64,000 nucleotides of DNA from Candidatus Saccharimonadota bacterium (lineage in GTDB: Bacteria; Patescibacteriota; Saccharimonadia; Saccharimonadales; AWTP1-31), in the NCBI GenBank assembly GCA_026395435.1, contig JAPLYT010000006.1, positions 31,587 to 95,586 on the forward strand, given 5' to 3'. The notes beneath the pieces were generated by a model, which was not told the origin of the DNA, ran no database searches, and was given only the letters and a program-made list of their open reading frames with translations. The number at the start of each line of letters is the position of its first letter. The stretch's first letter is position 1. Of this stretch, positions 48,414-57,215 are shown in pieces. A program made the position numbers and the translations under genes.

Positions 48414-49687
48414 ATTTCATCCAGACGTTTTTGATTTATGTATTTTTGATTGTCGGTACAATTAATTTTCTGCATCTAGGTATATTTATAATCGGTGCTA
48501 ACGTTTACGATATTCAACATCTTCGAAAACGTAAGATTTTGAAAGCACGCCGCATTGGCAAAAGCCCTCTGTTGAGTTTGGTAATTCCTGCCTACAACGA
48601 AGAGGCTAGTATTATTCGTTGCTTAGAATCAATTCGGAAAAATACGTATCGTAAAGTAGAAGTTTTCGTACACAACGATCGCAGTACGGATAACACAGCA
48701 GCTTTAATTCGGAAGTACATAGAACAACACCCTCATATGAACATCCGTTTGGTGAGTCGAAGAAAGCAAGTCGGCAAGGCTTTGGGCGTCAACTATTGTA
48801 TTAAGAAATATGCACAAGGCGAGCTGGTGATGACCTTAGACGCCGACTGTACTTTGGATCGATATGCCATCAAAAACGCAGTCGATTATTTCAAGAATCC
48901 TGATGTGATCGGTGTTGCTGCAAACGTGAAGATCACTAATGAACCTACTGTCATCGGTCTCCTTCAACAGTTTGAACATCTCATTGGCTATCGATCAAAG
49001 AAATTTTTTACTGTTACGAACTGCGAAATCATTGTTGGAGGTGTAGCCTCGACCTATCGGACCGAAGTGCTCAAAAAAGTTAAATTGTATGACACCGACA
49101 CACAAACTGAAGACATTGGCTTGAGTATGAAAATCGTTGCAAATTCCAATAAGCAGCAAAGAATTGTCTATGGTGCAGATGTGCTGGCTCTGACCGACCC
49201 CGTGCATAGCTTTAAGGCGCTGCAGATCCAGCGGTATCGTTGGAAACTAGGCATGATTCAAAACCTCATAAAATACCGATACTTGGTTGGAAATATGAAT
49301 TCGAATTATAGTAAAAGCCTGACCTTGTATCGCTTGCCGATGGCCTTTTTCTCAGAGCTAACACTTTTGTTTGAGCCATTTATTTTGGGCTATGTACTGT
49401 ATCTTTCAATAATTCATGATACGGCCATCTTGTTTGTTGGGGCCTATTTTACCGTTTGCTTGTATATCCTAATGGGTATTTGGCCTGATGAGCATTTGAG
49501 CGTTTCGGATAAGATTGCAAAAAGTTTTTACGTACCAATTTTGTATTTTACGTTTCATATCATGGACCTTATACAGGTGCTCGCAATTATCCAAGTGCTT
49601 CGTAATCCCAAAAAAGCACTACGTATTGGCTACCATGATTCGCATTGGACGCCACCTGCTCGTGTGCCGGTTTCGAACGTGAGTTAG
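48410..49687 (+). CDS. processive family-2 glycosyltransferase (PgaC/IcaA/NodC-like membrane synthase)
   Basis: ATGA overlap with the sortase stop. Motifs are VIPAYNEE, TLDADC, TEDIGLS and Q-x-x-RW as LQIQRYRWKLG. TM helices lie at both ends. Confidence 0.8.
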   Translation: MNFIQTFLIYVFLIVGTINFLHLGIFIIGANVYDIQHLRKRKILKARRIGKSPLLSLVIPAYNEEASIIRCLESIRKNTYRKVEVFVHNDRSTDNTAALIRKYIEQHPHMNIRLVSRRKQVGKALGVNYCIKKYAQGELVMTLDADCTLDRYAIKNAVDYFKNPDVIGVAANVKITNEPTVIGLLQQFEHLIGYRSKKFFTVTNCEIIVGGVASTYRTEVLKKVKLYDTDTQTEDIGLSMKIVANSNKQQRIVYGADVLALTDPVHSFKALQIQRYRWKLGMIQNLIKYRYLVGNMNSNYSKSLTLYRLPMAFFSELTLLFEPFILGYVLYLSIIHDTAILFVGAYFTVCLYILMGIWPDEHLSVSDKIAKSFYVPILYFTFHIMDLIQVLAIIQVLRNPKKALRIGYHDSHWTPPARVPVSNVS

Positions 49688-51207
49688 AAATCGTTGAGGA
49701 CGGTAATATGAGCTCCGATGGCGTTGAGGCGCTCGGCGATATCTTCATAACCTCTGTTGATAGTATAGACATTGCGCAAGATTGAGGTGCCTGGTGCAGC
49801 CAACATCCCAATAAGCAGTAAACTGGCTGGGCGAAGGGCAGGTGGACAGACTACATCGGCTTTGGTGAACTTAGTCGGTCCAGTTACGTATATACGATGC
49901 GGGTCGGCAAGTTCGACGTTGGCTCCAATCTTGGTAAGTTCTGTGTAGTAGATCGCTCGATTTTCAAACATCCAGTCGTGGATCAGGGTGCGGCCTACGG
50001 CGATTGCTACAATTGGCACAAAATATGGGATATTATCGGGGTTAATGCCGGGCCACAGGGCAGGGTGGAGTTTGTCTTTGAGTGCGTGAAGCGACCCGTT
50101 GTGTTTCTGGATTTCGAGGTCAACTAGATCGATCTCGCCGTTAAGGGCCTTATACCGCTCAGTCATCGTAAACTGGAGTCCCATAACTTTAAGCTTGAAA
50201 AGTTCTAGTGCAATCCAATCCACTGGTACTCGCTTGATCGTAATATGTGAGTTCGTGGTCACGGCTGCGGAGATGAAGAACATGGCTTCGATTGGATCTT
50301 CAGTCGGCGCGAAAGTAATATTCTTTTTAATGACCGGTACACCGCGAACCGTCAGTACTGACGATCCGATTCCAGATATCTTGACGCCAATTTTTTGCAA
50401 GAAGTAACACAAATCCTGGACCATATAATCCGCACTCGCATTTTGAATGATTGTGGTACCTTCGAACCGGGCCGCGGCCATCAGCGCGTTGTTAGTAACG
50501 GTATTTCCAGCCTCATAGAGTACAACTCTTTGAGTAGGGAGATGCTTCTTGATCGAAACCTTATAATGTCCGGTAACAGCTTTGATATCCACTCCAAAAC
50601 TCTCGAGCGCCAAAAGATGAGGCTCTACCGAACGAGTTCCGAGCTTACAGCCGCCTGCATACGGAATCTCGAACGATGTGTAATCATGAAGCAGTGGGCC
50701 AAGTAACATCAGAACACTACGTGTTTTTCGGGCAGAAACAGCGTTGATTGCCTTAAGGTTCAACTTCTCAGGCCGGCGGAGCTCAATATCGTTCCCGGTA
50801 AGCCATTTGACCTTGACGCCAATACTTTCTAGTACTTCAATAATCCGGTTTACTTCCTCAATTCGCGGGAAGGACTTAAACCGAGTGACTCCATAGTTGA
50901 GCAAACTGGCACAGAGTAGGGCGACGGCTGCGTTTTTACTCGTTTTAAGCGTGATATCACCACGTAGTTCGTGACCGCCTTCGATCCGGAGGTTCACGCC
51001 ACCTTCACCGATTTGGATTAATGGCTTGTTGAGCACATCGCTGATCCGACCAAGGGTCTCGAGGCTTAAGTTTTGTTTGCCGTGTTCAATGCGATTTACT
51101 GCCGATTGACTGGTGCCAAGCCGTTTTGCGAACGCTGCTTGGGTAAGGCCCCTTTCTTGTCGTATCTGGTAAATAAGGTTGCCGATTTTTTCATTGGTTG
51201 TTGTCAT
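49684..51207 (-). CDS. murA: XRE-type HTH domain fused to UDP-N-acetylglucosamine 1-carboxyvinyltransferase
   Basis: The first ~65 aa are IRQERGLTQAAFAKRLGTSQSAVNRIEHGKQNLSLETL (HTH_XRE). The remainder aligns along its length with MurA, including KNAAVALLCASLL, the active-site loop YAGGCKLGTRSVEPH (Cys retained) and a C-terminal NRGYEDIAERLNAIGA. Confidence 0.8.
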   Translation of the reverse strand: MTTTNEKIGNLIYQIRQERGLTQAAFAKRLGTSQSAVNRIEHGKQNLSLETLGRISDVLNKPLIQIGEGGVNLRIEGGHELRGDITLKTSKNAAVALLCASLLNYGVTRFKSFPRIEEVNRIIEVLESIGVKVKWLTGNDIELRRPEKLNLKAINAVSARKTRSVLMLLGPLLHDYTSFEIPYAGGCKLGTRSVEPHLLALESFGVDIKAVTGHYKVSIKKHLPTQRVVLYEAGNTVTNNALMAAARFEGTTIIQNASADYMVQDLCYFLQKIGVKISGIGSSVLTVRGVPVIKKNITFAPTEDPIEAMFFISAAVTTNSHITIKRVPVDWIALELFKLKVMGLQFTMTERYKALNGEIDLVDLEIQKHNGSLHALKDKLHPALWPGINPDNIPYFVPIVAIAVGRTLIHDWMFENRAIYYTELTKIGANVELADPHRIYVTGPTKFTKADVVCPPALRPASLLLIGMLAAPGTSILRNVYTINRGYEDIAERLNAIGAHITVLNDF

Positions 51208-51402
51208 AGATACACAATATATACCCTAAAAGGTATCGTTACAAGGGTTATTTCGGATACGGTTACTGTATATTTTGCGTATAGCACTCTGTACAAACAA
51301 CTCACCAGTCGGTACGCTATAGGTATGATTTAGTTACTTTTCCCTATTCGCACGTGACCAACCATTGTCAAACTAATTATGACCTATCATGAGGGACCTA
51401 CT

Positions 51403-52683
51403 ATGAACGATACAATCATTGCCGACCTAATCGCTGCTGAAGAAAAAAGGCAACGTGAAGGGCTGGAACTTATACCGAGCGAAAACTACGTCAGTCGTGA
51501 CGTACTAACTGCTCTAGGGAGCGTTTTTACCAATAAATATTCCGAAGGCTATCCTGGAAAGCGCTATTACGGAGGTCAGATAAATACTGATCAGCTTGAA
51601 ACAATTGCAATCGATCGGGCTAAAGAGATCTTTGGAGCCGATCATGCCAATGTTCAATCTCACTCCGGTGCTCCAGCCAATATCGCCGTCTACCAGGCAT
51701 GGCTTGAGCCCGGCGATACTGTCATGGCAATGCGCCTTGACCATGGCGGGCATCTGACCCACGGCCACCCCGTTACCAGTAGTGCCAAACTGTACAACTT
51801 TGTTCGCTATGGCATTAAAGATGTCGAAACAGGCGAAATAGACTACGAAGCCATGCGAGCAACTGCCCTCAAAGAACGCCCCAAAATAATCATAGCTGGA
51901 TTTAGTGGATTCCCGCGGAGTCTTGATTATGCCAAGTTTGCTGCCATTGCTGACGAATGTGGCGCCATGCTGATGGCCGATATGGCTCATATTGCTGGCT
52001 TAATTGCCGGAAAAGTTCTGCCCAATCCCCTAGATTTTGGATTTCACGTCATGACTACCACAACGCATAAGACCCTTCGCGGTCCTCGAGGTGGTTTAAT
52101 TTTGAGCAAAGGCATCGCTGGTAATACGCTCAAAGCTCCAGAAAAAACCATTGAAAATCTGCCGACACTCATCGACCGAGAAATTTTCCCGGGCTTTCAG
52201 GGTGGTCCACATATGCATAGTATCGCTGCCAAAGCAGTAGCTTTCCGAGAAGCCCTACAGCCAGACTTCAAAGTGTACGCCCAAACAATCCTAGACAATG
52301 CGAGCACTTTGGCAGACTCGTTACAGAAAAAAGGCTTCAAGCTTGTGACCAATGGCACTGATAATCACATGATTATGATTGATATGCCGACAAGTTTCAG
52401 TGGTGTCACCGGTCGCGAAGCCCAAGATCTGTTAGACGAAGTCGGACTCAACGCCAATTGTAATTCTATTCCAAACGACACGCTTCCACCGTACCGGCCA
52501 AGTGGTTTGCGCCTCGGTACTCCAGCAATCACTACTCGAGGACTCAAACAGGAGCATATGGAGCAGGTCGCAACTTGGATGTTTGACACGATCAAACAGC
52601 GCAAAGATCCTAAAAAAATCAAAGTAATTGCCCAAGAAGTCAAAGAGTTCTCGCTTGGTTTCCCACTCCCTAGTGATGTCTAA
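51403..52683 (+). CDS. glyA: serine hydroxymethyltransferase
   Basis: I moved the start to ATG 51403 (SD GAGGGA 7 nt upstream). Motifs LELIPSENY, YPGKRYYGG and the PLP-Lys motif TTTTHKTLRGPRGG. Confidence 0.95.
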   Translation: MNDTIIADLIAAEEKRQREGLELIPSENYVSRDVLTALGSVFTNKYSEGYPGKRYYGGQINTDQLETIAIDRAKEIFGADHANVQSHSGAPANIAVYQAWLEPGDTVMAMRLDHGGHLTHGHPVTSSAKLYNFVRYGIKDVETGEIDYEAMRATALKERPKIIIAGFSGFPRSLDYAKFAAIADECGAMLMADMAHIAGLIAGKVLPNPLDFGFHVMTTTTHKTLRGPRGGLILSKGIAGNTLKAPEKTIENLPTLIDREIFPGFQGGPHMHSIAAKAVAFREALQPDFKVYAQTILDNASTLADSLQKKGFKLVTNGTDNHMIMIDMPTSFSGVTGREAQDLLDEVGLNANCNSIPNDTLPPYRPSGLRLGTPAITTRGLKQEHMEQVATWMFDTIKQRKDPKKIKVIAQEVKEFSLGFPLPSDV

Positions 52684-52694
52684 AGGCCGCTAGA

Positions 52695-53300
52695 CTAATT
52701 ACTGTTTTTACTCCTGCCGGCTACTCTTATTCCCAGCCAAACACCCAGAGAAACCTTGGCAATATCAGCCGCTGCTTTACCAACTTTGGGTATGGCCTCG
52801 GCTATTTTCCCGCGTTTTCCGTCTCTGACTACCGATACAAACTCATTGTAATCTCTGCCTCCGTAATCCATGAAAAGACTTTTGGCTGCTTCGACGTCTA
52901 ATGTATCTTCTGGTTCACAAGGTTCGAAATATACTACAAGTTCTTTTTTGGTCAATGGCCCTACCAAGAAGTTACCTTCTGGCAGTATCCGCTGTAGTGC
53001 TTCGACCCTGAATTCATCTTCTTCAATGCAACGTCCAGCAACTATTTCGGGGGCATTGGCTGCATACGTTTCGGCAAGATGGTCGACAAAATCGATCATG
53101 CTTTCTGCCCATTGATTGGTCGCACCTTGAAATTTATCGAAGTAATAAGCAATAGGCACATCTCTATATCGGACTGCCGAAGTAATAATATTTTCTCGAG
53201 AAGCTGTCAGATCATCTAATTTCTGGCACAGTAACAATTCATCATTTTGCAGAAAAAGCTCAGGTATTGGATAATCACCTTCATGTGAGCTAATAGTCAT
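52695..53300 (-). CDS. hypothetical protein (201 aa)
   Basis: ORF-track ORF with no motif and a C-terminal hydrophobic/basic tail. Confidence 0.45.
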   Translation of the reverse strand: MTISSHEGDYPIPELFLQNDELLLCQKLDDLTASRENIITSAVRYRDVPIAYYFDKFQGATNQWAESMIDFVDHLAETYAANAPEIVAGRCIEEDEFRVEALQRILPEGNFLVGPLTKKELVVYFEPCEPEDTLDVEAAKSLFMDYGGRDYNEFVSVVRDGKRGKIAEAIPKVGKAAADIAKVSLGVWLGIRVAGRSKNSN

Positions 53301-53371
53301 GCCCCATATTATCTATGATATTGATCTGCTGTCAAATATAGCCTGTACCAAAATGCCGGCAACGAAGATAG

Positions 53372-54397
53372 CTATATAAGCTCGGGCTCTTGCTGAAGGG
53401 TAATCTTAAATTTTGCTTGCACTTCGCCGATGATTCTATCGCGGAATAGTATTAGGTCTGCAGTACACTCGGCTTTTTCATTCACTAATACAAGCGGTTG
53501 TTTGTGCCAGGTGGCCATGCCGGTTTTTCGGTCATGGAAATTTTTGAATCCAGCGGCCTCTATCAGCCAGGCGGCAGATATTTTTACTCTGCCATCATTC
53601 GTTGGCCAGCCGGGGATGTGCGGGTATGCTTTTTGTAATTTTTTGAACGTGGTTTTTGCAATAATTGGATTACCGAAGAAAGAACCATTGTTGGCTATTT
53701 TAGCTGGATTTGGCAGTTTACTTGAGCGAATTGCAATCACTACTTCGCGTATCGTTTGAACGGATGGATCTTTAATATTCATATGGTCTAGATATGTTTG
53801 CAGGGCGGCATAGAACGGCGGGGAAGGCGCTTCTTTGGTGAGTAAGAATCGTAGCGATGTGATAAAAAACCGACCGTGATCAACTTCTTTGAACCGACTC
53901 GTACGATACCCGAATTGGCATGATTCTGCCGGGATGGTAACAATCTTTTTCGTTTTTGCATCATACGCCTCGATGCTATCAAGGGTGTCGGAAATCTCCT
54001 GGCCATAGGCTCCAACGTTTTGGACGGGTGTAGCTCCGGTGGTCCCCGGGATCAGCGACAATGCTTCGATACCGCTTAGTCCTTTTTTGACCGTTCGAGC
54101 AACGGCGCTATCCCAGTTTTCACCAGCTCCTATGTCAACGTAGCTGGTCGTCTCGTCGCATTCGCGGATCGTAAAGCCTTTGATTTTGTTTACCATCACA
54201 AGGCCTGAGTAGCCGGCATCGCTCCAGACGATATTACTACCGCTACCAATCATCATGGCAGGTATTTTTTGCTCTGCTGCCCAGGACAGCGCAAAAGGGA
54301 TATCGGTCTTGTCGGTAATGTTCACGAGGTACGCTGCTTTGCCACCAAGTCGCATGGTGGAGTGACGGGATAGATCGGCGTTTTTATAGAACTTCAT
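53372..54397 (-). CDS. murB: UDP-N-acetylenolpyruvoylglucosamine reductase
   Basis: HSTMRLGG, MMIGSGSNIV, GIEALSLIPGTTGATPVQNVGAYG and a MurB C-terminal domain. Confidence 0.9.
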   Translation of the reverse strand: MKFYKNADLSRHSTMRLGGKAAYLVNITDKTDIPFALSWAAEQKIPAMMIGSGSNIVWSDAGYSGLVMVNKIKGFTIRECDETTSYVDIGAGENWDSAVARTVKKGLSGIEALSLIPGTTGATPVQNVGAYGQEISDTLDSIEAYDAKTKKIVTIPAESCQFGYRTSRFKEVDHGRFFITSLRFLLTKEAPSPPFYAALQTYLDHMNIKDPSVQTIREVVIAIRSSKLPNPAKIANNGSFFGNPIIAKTTFKKLQKAYPHIPGWPTNDGRVKISAAWLIEAAGFKNFHDRKTGMATWHKQPLVLVNEKAECTADLILFRDRIIGEVQAKFKITLQQEPELI

Positions 54398-54500
54398 GCT
54401 CTAATCTTAATGGTTACGGCTAAAAAGCGAAAGAATTATAGAGCTAAGCGGGATGATTTCTTTTCTTGCCCGGATTTGCCGAACAGAGTAAAATATAGTA

Positions 54501-55091
54501 ATGAGTGAGAAAAAGCGGGCGGACCAACCATATCGATTGTTAGGCGAAAATCTCAAATCACGCCGTCAGAAACTCAATCAAACCGTGCCCGAAGTTTCAG
54601 GCGCTGTCGAGATTGACACAAATACCCTCGAGCAAATCGAATCTGGCGAGCAACGCCCAGCCGAGGAAATACTGGCCCTGCTTATTAGTTATTTCGACCT
54701 ACAAGAAGAAGACGCTGTCTCATTGTGGCACCTCGCTGGCTACGACGAACGCCGAACTTCTCAAACCTCTTCGACTACTTCTACATTTGAGCTTAATCAA
54801 CCAATCGCCATGATGATGCCCGTCGACCTCCGTGTGGTCTATACCGATATGGTCCATGTAACTATCAACAACTTTGGTGTTGTCATGAATTTTATGCAAA
54901 CAGCCGGCCAAGGATCACAACCTTTGGCAATTTCCCGCATCGGTATGAGCAAGGAACACGCCCGTTCGGTGCTCGACATATTGGAGCGATCTCTTAAGCA
55001 GTCTGATGATGCCAACAAACCAAAACTACTGCACAAGCCATCACCTCTCAAAAAAGCCGACCAATCCGACAAACCAAAAGAAGCAAAGTAA
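54501..55091 (+). CDS. HTH (XRE-like) + DUF3467-like protein
   Basis: N-terminal LGENLKSRRQKLNQTVPEVSGAVEIDTNTLEQIESGEQ. The C-terminal half (LRVVYTDMVHVTINNFGVVMNFMQ...ISRIGMSKEHARSVLDIL) resembles DUF3467. Confidence 0.55.
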   Translation: MSEKKRADQPYRLLGENLKSRRQKLNQTVPEVSGAVEIDTNTLEQIESGEQRPAEEILALLISYFDLQEEDAVSLWHLAGYDERRTSQTSSTTSTFELNQPIAMMMPVDLRVVYTDMVHVTINNFGVVMNFMQTAGQGSQPLAISRIGMSKEHARSVLDILERSLKQSDDANKPKLLHKPSPLKKADQSDKPKEAK

Positions 55092-55092
55092 A

Positions 55093-55524
55093 ATGAGTGA
55101 ACTCGGTCCACATGAAACTGAACCGATCATAGACAGAAAACTGCCACGCAGCGAAAGAAACCCTGTCAGATGGCATTATGAAAAATTGGGTACGGCAGTA
55201 GCGGCAGGTATATTGCTTGTGGGGCTCAGTGGCATAACCGCTCAACATATTATCGAAAGCGGTCGGCGGTCTATTGCCACCGAAATAGATGGCGCAACTG
55301 AGAAGGCGACTAAGTTTTACGATGGCACACAGACAAGTTTCGATCAGGCAAAAAAACGTTTCGATGACGCTAAGAAGCAATGTAAAGTAATCGATGATTT
55401 GGCTCCACAAATTGGTGCAATCGCCGAAGCGATTGGCGCAACTCCAGCAAGTGGCACCACTACTACGGTTCCTCTGCCACAAATCGCGGTGATAGCTCCT
55501 TCGCCATCGACTTCTAAGCCTTGA
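55093..55524 (+). CDS. membrane-anchored hypothetical protein (143 aa)
   Basis: I moved the start to ATG 55093 (MSELGPHE...), which removes the overlap with the upstream gene. One TM segment (AVAAGILLVGLSGI). Confidence 0.45.
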   Translation: MSELGPHETEPIIDRKLPRSERNPVRWHYEKLGTAVAAGILLVGLSGITAQHIIESGRRSIATEIDGATEKATKFYDGTQTSFDQAKKRFDDAKKQCKVIDDLAPQIGAIAEAIGATPASGTTTTVPLPQIAVIAPSPSTSKP

Positions 55525-55530
55525 GTATAA

Positions 55531-55743
55531 CTACAGATCGATATAATTCTTAAGTTGAAAATTGAGCCAAACGCCCACGAAGCACCCAACAATTCCACCA
55601 ATTATGCCCCAAGCCGACAAAAACCCGGCGTGCCACAAGCTCGGTATCCATGAACCAATACCCGAACAAATCGAAATCAAGCCGTATAGCACAAGTTTAT
55701 TCATACTCACAAGTATACTCCATAATAGAAAAGCCTCGAACAA
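55531..55743 (-). CDS. small membrane protein (possibly GlsB/YeaQ-like)
   Basis: 70-aa ORF, two hydrophobic helices, Gly-zipper GIIGGIVGCFVGVW. It explains why the first 68 codons of the overlapping plus-strand ORF look non-coding. Confidence 0.4.
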   Translation of the reverse strand: MFEAFLLWSILVSMNKLVLYGLISICSGIGSWIPSLWHAGFLSAWGIIGGIVGCFVGVWLNFQLKNYIDL

Positions 55744-55765
55744 ATATATTTGTTACAATGTCCGT

Positions 55766-56116
55766 ATGGCATACAAGAACAAAGCTGACCAAATTGCTGC
55801 AAGTAAGCGACATTATGATGCTAATAAAGAGTATTATTTGAATCGTAATCGACGTTATCGAAAAGAGTTGAGCACGTATGTTAATAAGATTAAAGAAGAA
55901 ACACCGTGCGCTGATTGTAAAAAACAATATCCATACTACGTCATGGACTTTGATCATCTAGAAGGCCACACAAAAGAAGGTCTAGTAAGTTTCTTCACGA
56001 AAACCGGTCGTATTGAACAAATGATGAAAGAAATCGAGAAATGCGAAGTAGTATGTTCGAATTGCCATCGTGCCAGAACCCATAACAGGTTACAGAAAGG
56101 AAAAAATATAGTATAA
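55766..56116 (+). CDS. small HNH endonuclease-like protein (116 aa)
   Basis: Start moved to ATG 55766. CADCKKQYPYYVMDFDHL...CSNCHRARTH gives two Cys pairs flanking the H-N-H core. Confidence 0.65.
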   Translation: MAYKNKADQIAASKRHYDANKEYYLNRNRRYRKELSTYVNKIKEETPCADCKKQYPYYVMDFDHLEGHTKEGLVSFFTKTGRIEQMMKEIEKCEVVCSNCHRARTHNRLQKGKNIV

Positions 56117-56133
56117 TCAAGATTCATTGTTAC

Positions 56134-56209
56134 GCACCCGTAGCTCAGTGGATAGAGCGTCGCGCTTCGGACGCGAAAGTCGGCGGTTCGAATCCGTCCG
56201 GGTGTACCA
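56134..56209 (+). tRNA. tRNA-Arg (anticodon UCG), CCA encoded
   Basis: Cloverleaf read by hand: GCACCCG/TA/GCTC-AGTGGATA-GAGC/G/TCGCG-CTTCGGA-CGCGA/AAGTC/GGCGG-TTCGAAT-CCGTC/CGGGTGT/ACCA. Confidence 0.9.
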
Positions 56210-56217
56210 ACAAAAGC

Positions 56218-56242
56218 GCCAGTCCAAAGGACTGGCTTTTTT
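56218..56242 (+). terminator. rho-independent terminator after tRNA-Arg
   Basis: GCCAGTCC-AAA-GGACTGGC followed by TTTTTT. Confidence 0.8.
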
Positions 56243-56249
56243 GTTGGCA

Positions 56250-56450
56250 GGCTCCAGAATGGAGCCGAGAACCGCCGAAGGCGGTGCGGTCGGCAAAGCC
56301 ACGCGCAGGAATGTATTCCGAGCATGGCTGCTGTCGTGCTCTTTCCGTCCGGGTGATAGCCGTAGGTTCGATCACAAGCTGCTCTCGCAGGAGCTTGCTC
56401 CGAGAAAGGGGCGCAGGGAGACGCGAAGCGTTCATCCGTCCGGGCGTACA
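56250..56450 (+). repeat. element B, copy 1 (composite): hairpin + two units, each ending in a tRNA-Arg 3'-half-like sequence
   Basis: The hairpin is GGCTCCA-GAA-TGGAGCC. Unit u1 contains CGCAG-GGAAT-GT-ATTCC-GAG and ends TCCGTCCGGGTG (56344..56355). Unit u2 (core 56360..56450) contains CGCAG-GGAGC-TT-GCTCC-GAG and ends GACGCGAAGCGTTCATCCGTCCGGGCGTACA. Compare the tRNA 3' half GACGCGAAAGTCGGCGGTTCGAATCCGTCCGGGTGTACCA. Confidence 0.8.
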
Positions 56451-56509
56451 AAAACCCTTATGCTTAAACTATTTTTATTAGAGGAGTTTTTATTTGGTAT
56501 AGTTTACCT

Positions 56510-57145
56510 ATGATTAAAGCCATTCATTATCAGAATAAATCAACTGAAGTGCCTCTTGAGGCGCTCATTTCTGAGTGTTATGACGAGGTACGTAAACTAT
56601 TACCCCAATTACCTGAAACAATACAAATATACTTCAGTGATTACGGAATACTTGCAGAGAGTGGAGTTGGGGGTTACGCATATGCACATGACATCATTAC
56701 TGTTTCAATTGACCCAGATTTTGCAGACAAAAAGAAACAGCTTAAAGATATCCGTTCAACAATTTTTCATGAGTCATTTCATATTCTTCAGAACTATACG
56801 GGTGAAAGTGGTCCGTTTTCGGCAATTGAGAATGCAATTTATGAAGGAATGGCAACGATTTTTGAGCGAGAATACTGCAACTTTTGGCAACCATATGGTG
56901 ACTATCGTGCGACTCCCGAAAAGAAACTAAAGCAATGGTTTAAAGATTTACAAAATTTAAGTCTTAAAGATTTTGAAGAGAACTATAGCAATTGGAAGTT
57001 TTTCCATACAGAGCTGAAAGAACGTTGGATAGTATATAAAGTTGGCACATGGATTATTGACGTAGTTTTACAAAAGCATAAACTTACGATTCTTGACCTA
57101 AGCACTAAAACTGCAGTAGAAGTACTAGACTTGTACAACCAATAA
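56510..57145 (+). CDS. putative Zn-metalloprotease (HExxH; DUF2268-like)
   Basis: FHESFH (HExxH) plus a downstream EGMA. 211 aa with no signal peptide. Bounded by B1 and B2. Confidence 0.55.
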   Translation: MIKAIHYQNKSTEVPLEALISECYDEVRKLLPQLPETIQIYFSDYGILAESGVGGYAYAHDIITVSIDPDFADKKKQLKDIRSTIFHESFHILQNYTGESGPFSAIENAIYEGMATIFEREYCNFWQPYGDYRATPEKKLKQWFKDLQNLSLKDFEENYSNWKFFHTELKERWIVYKVGTWIIDVVLQKHKLTILDLSTKTAVEVLDLYNQ

Positions 57146-57183
57146 AGTTATAACCTGAACTAGAATGCCGTACCAATGCATGG

Positions 57184-57206
57184 GCCCCACTTTACGTGGG
57201 GCTTTT
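57184..57206 (+). terminator. rho-independent terminator
   Basis: GCCCCAC-TTTAC-GTGGGGC followed by TTTTG. Confidence 0.7.
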
Positions 57207-57215
57207 GCATTGGTT

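Noticed and set aside
55562-55765. N-terminal 68 codons of track ORF 55562..56116, and likewise 19936..20058 of the lepA ORF, 6187..6225, 55006..55092 and 51379..51402
   Set aside because: These extensions overlap neighbouring genes or lack a protein-like sequence. Internal ATGs give canonical N-termini (HNH core, LepA MQSKIRNFCIIAHIDHGKST, a signal peptide, or SD-supported starts).
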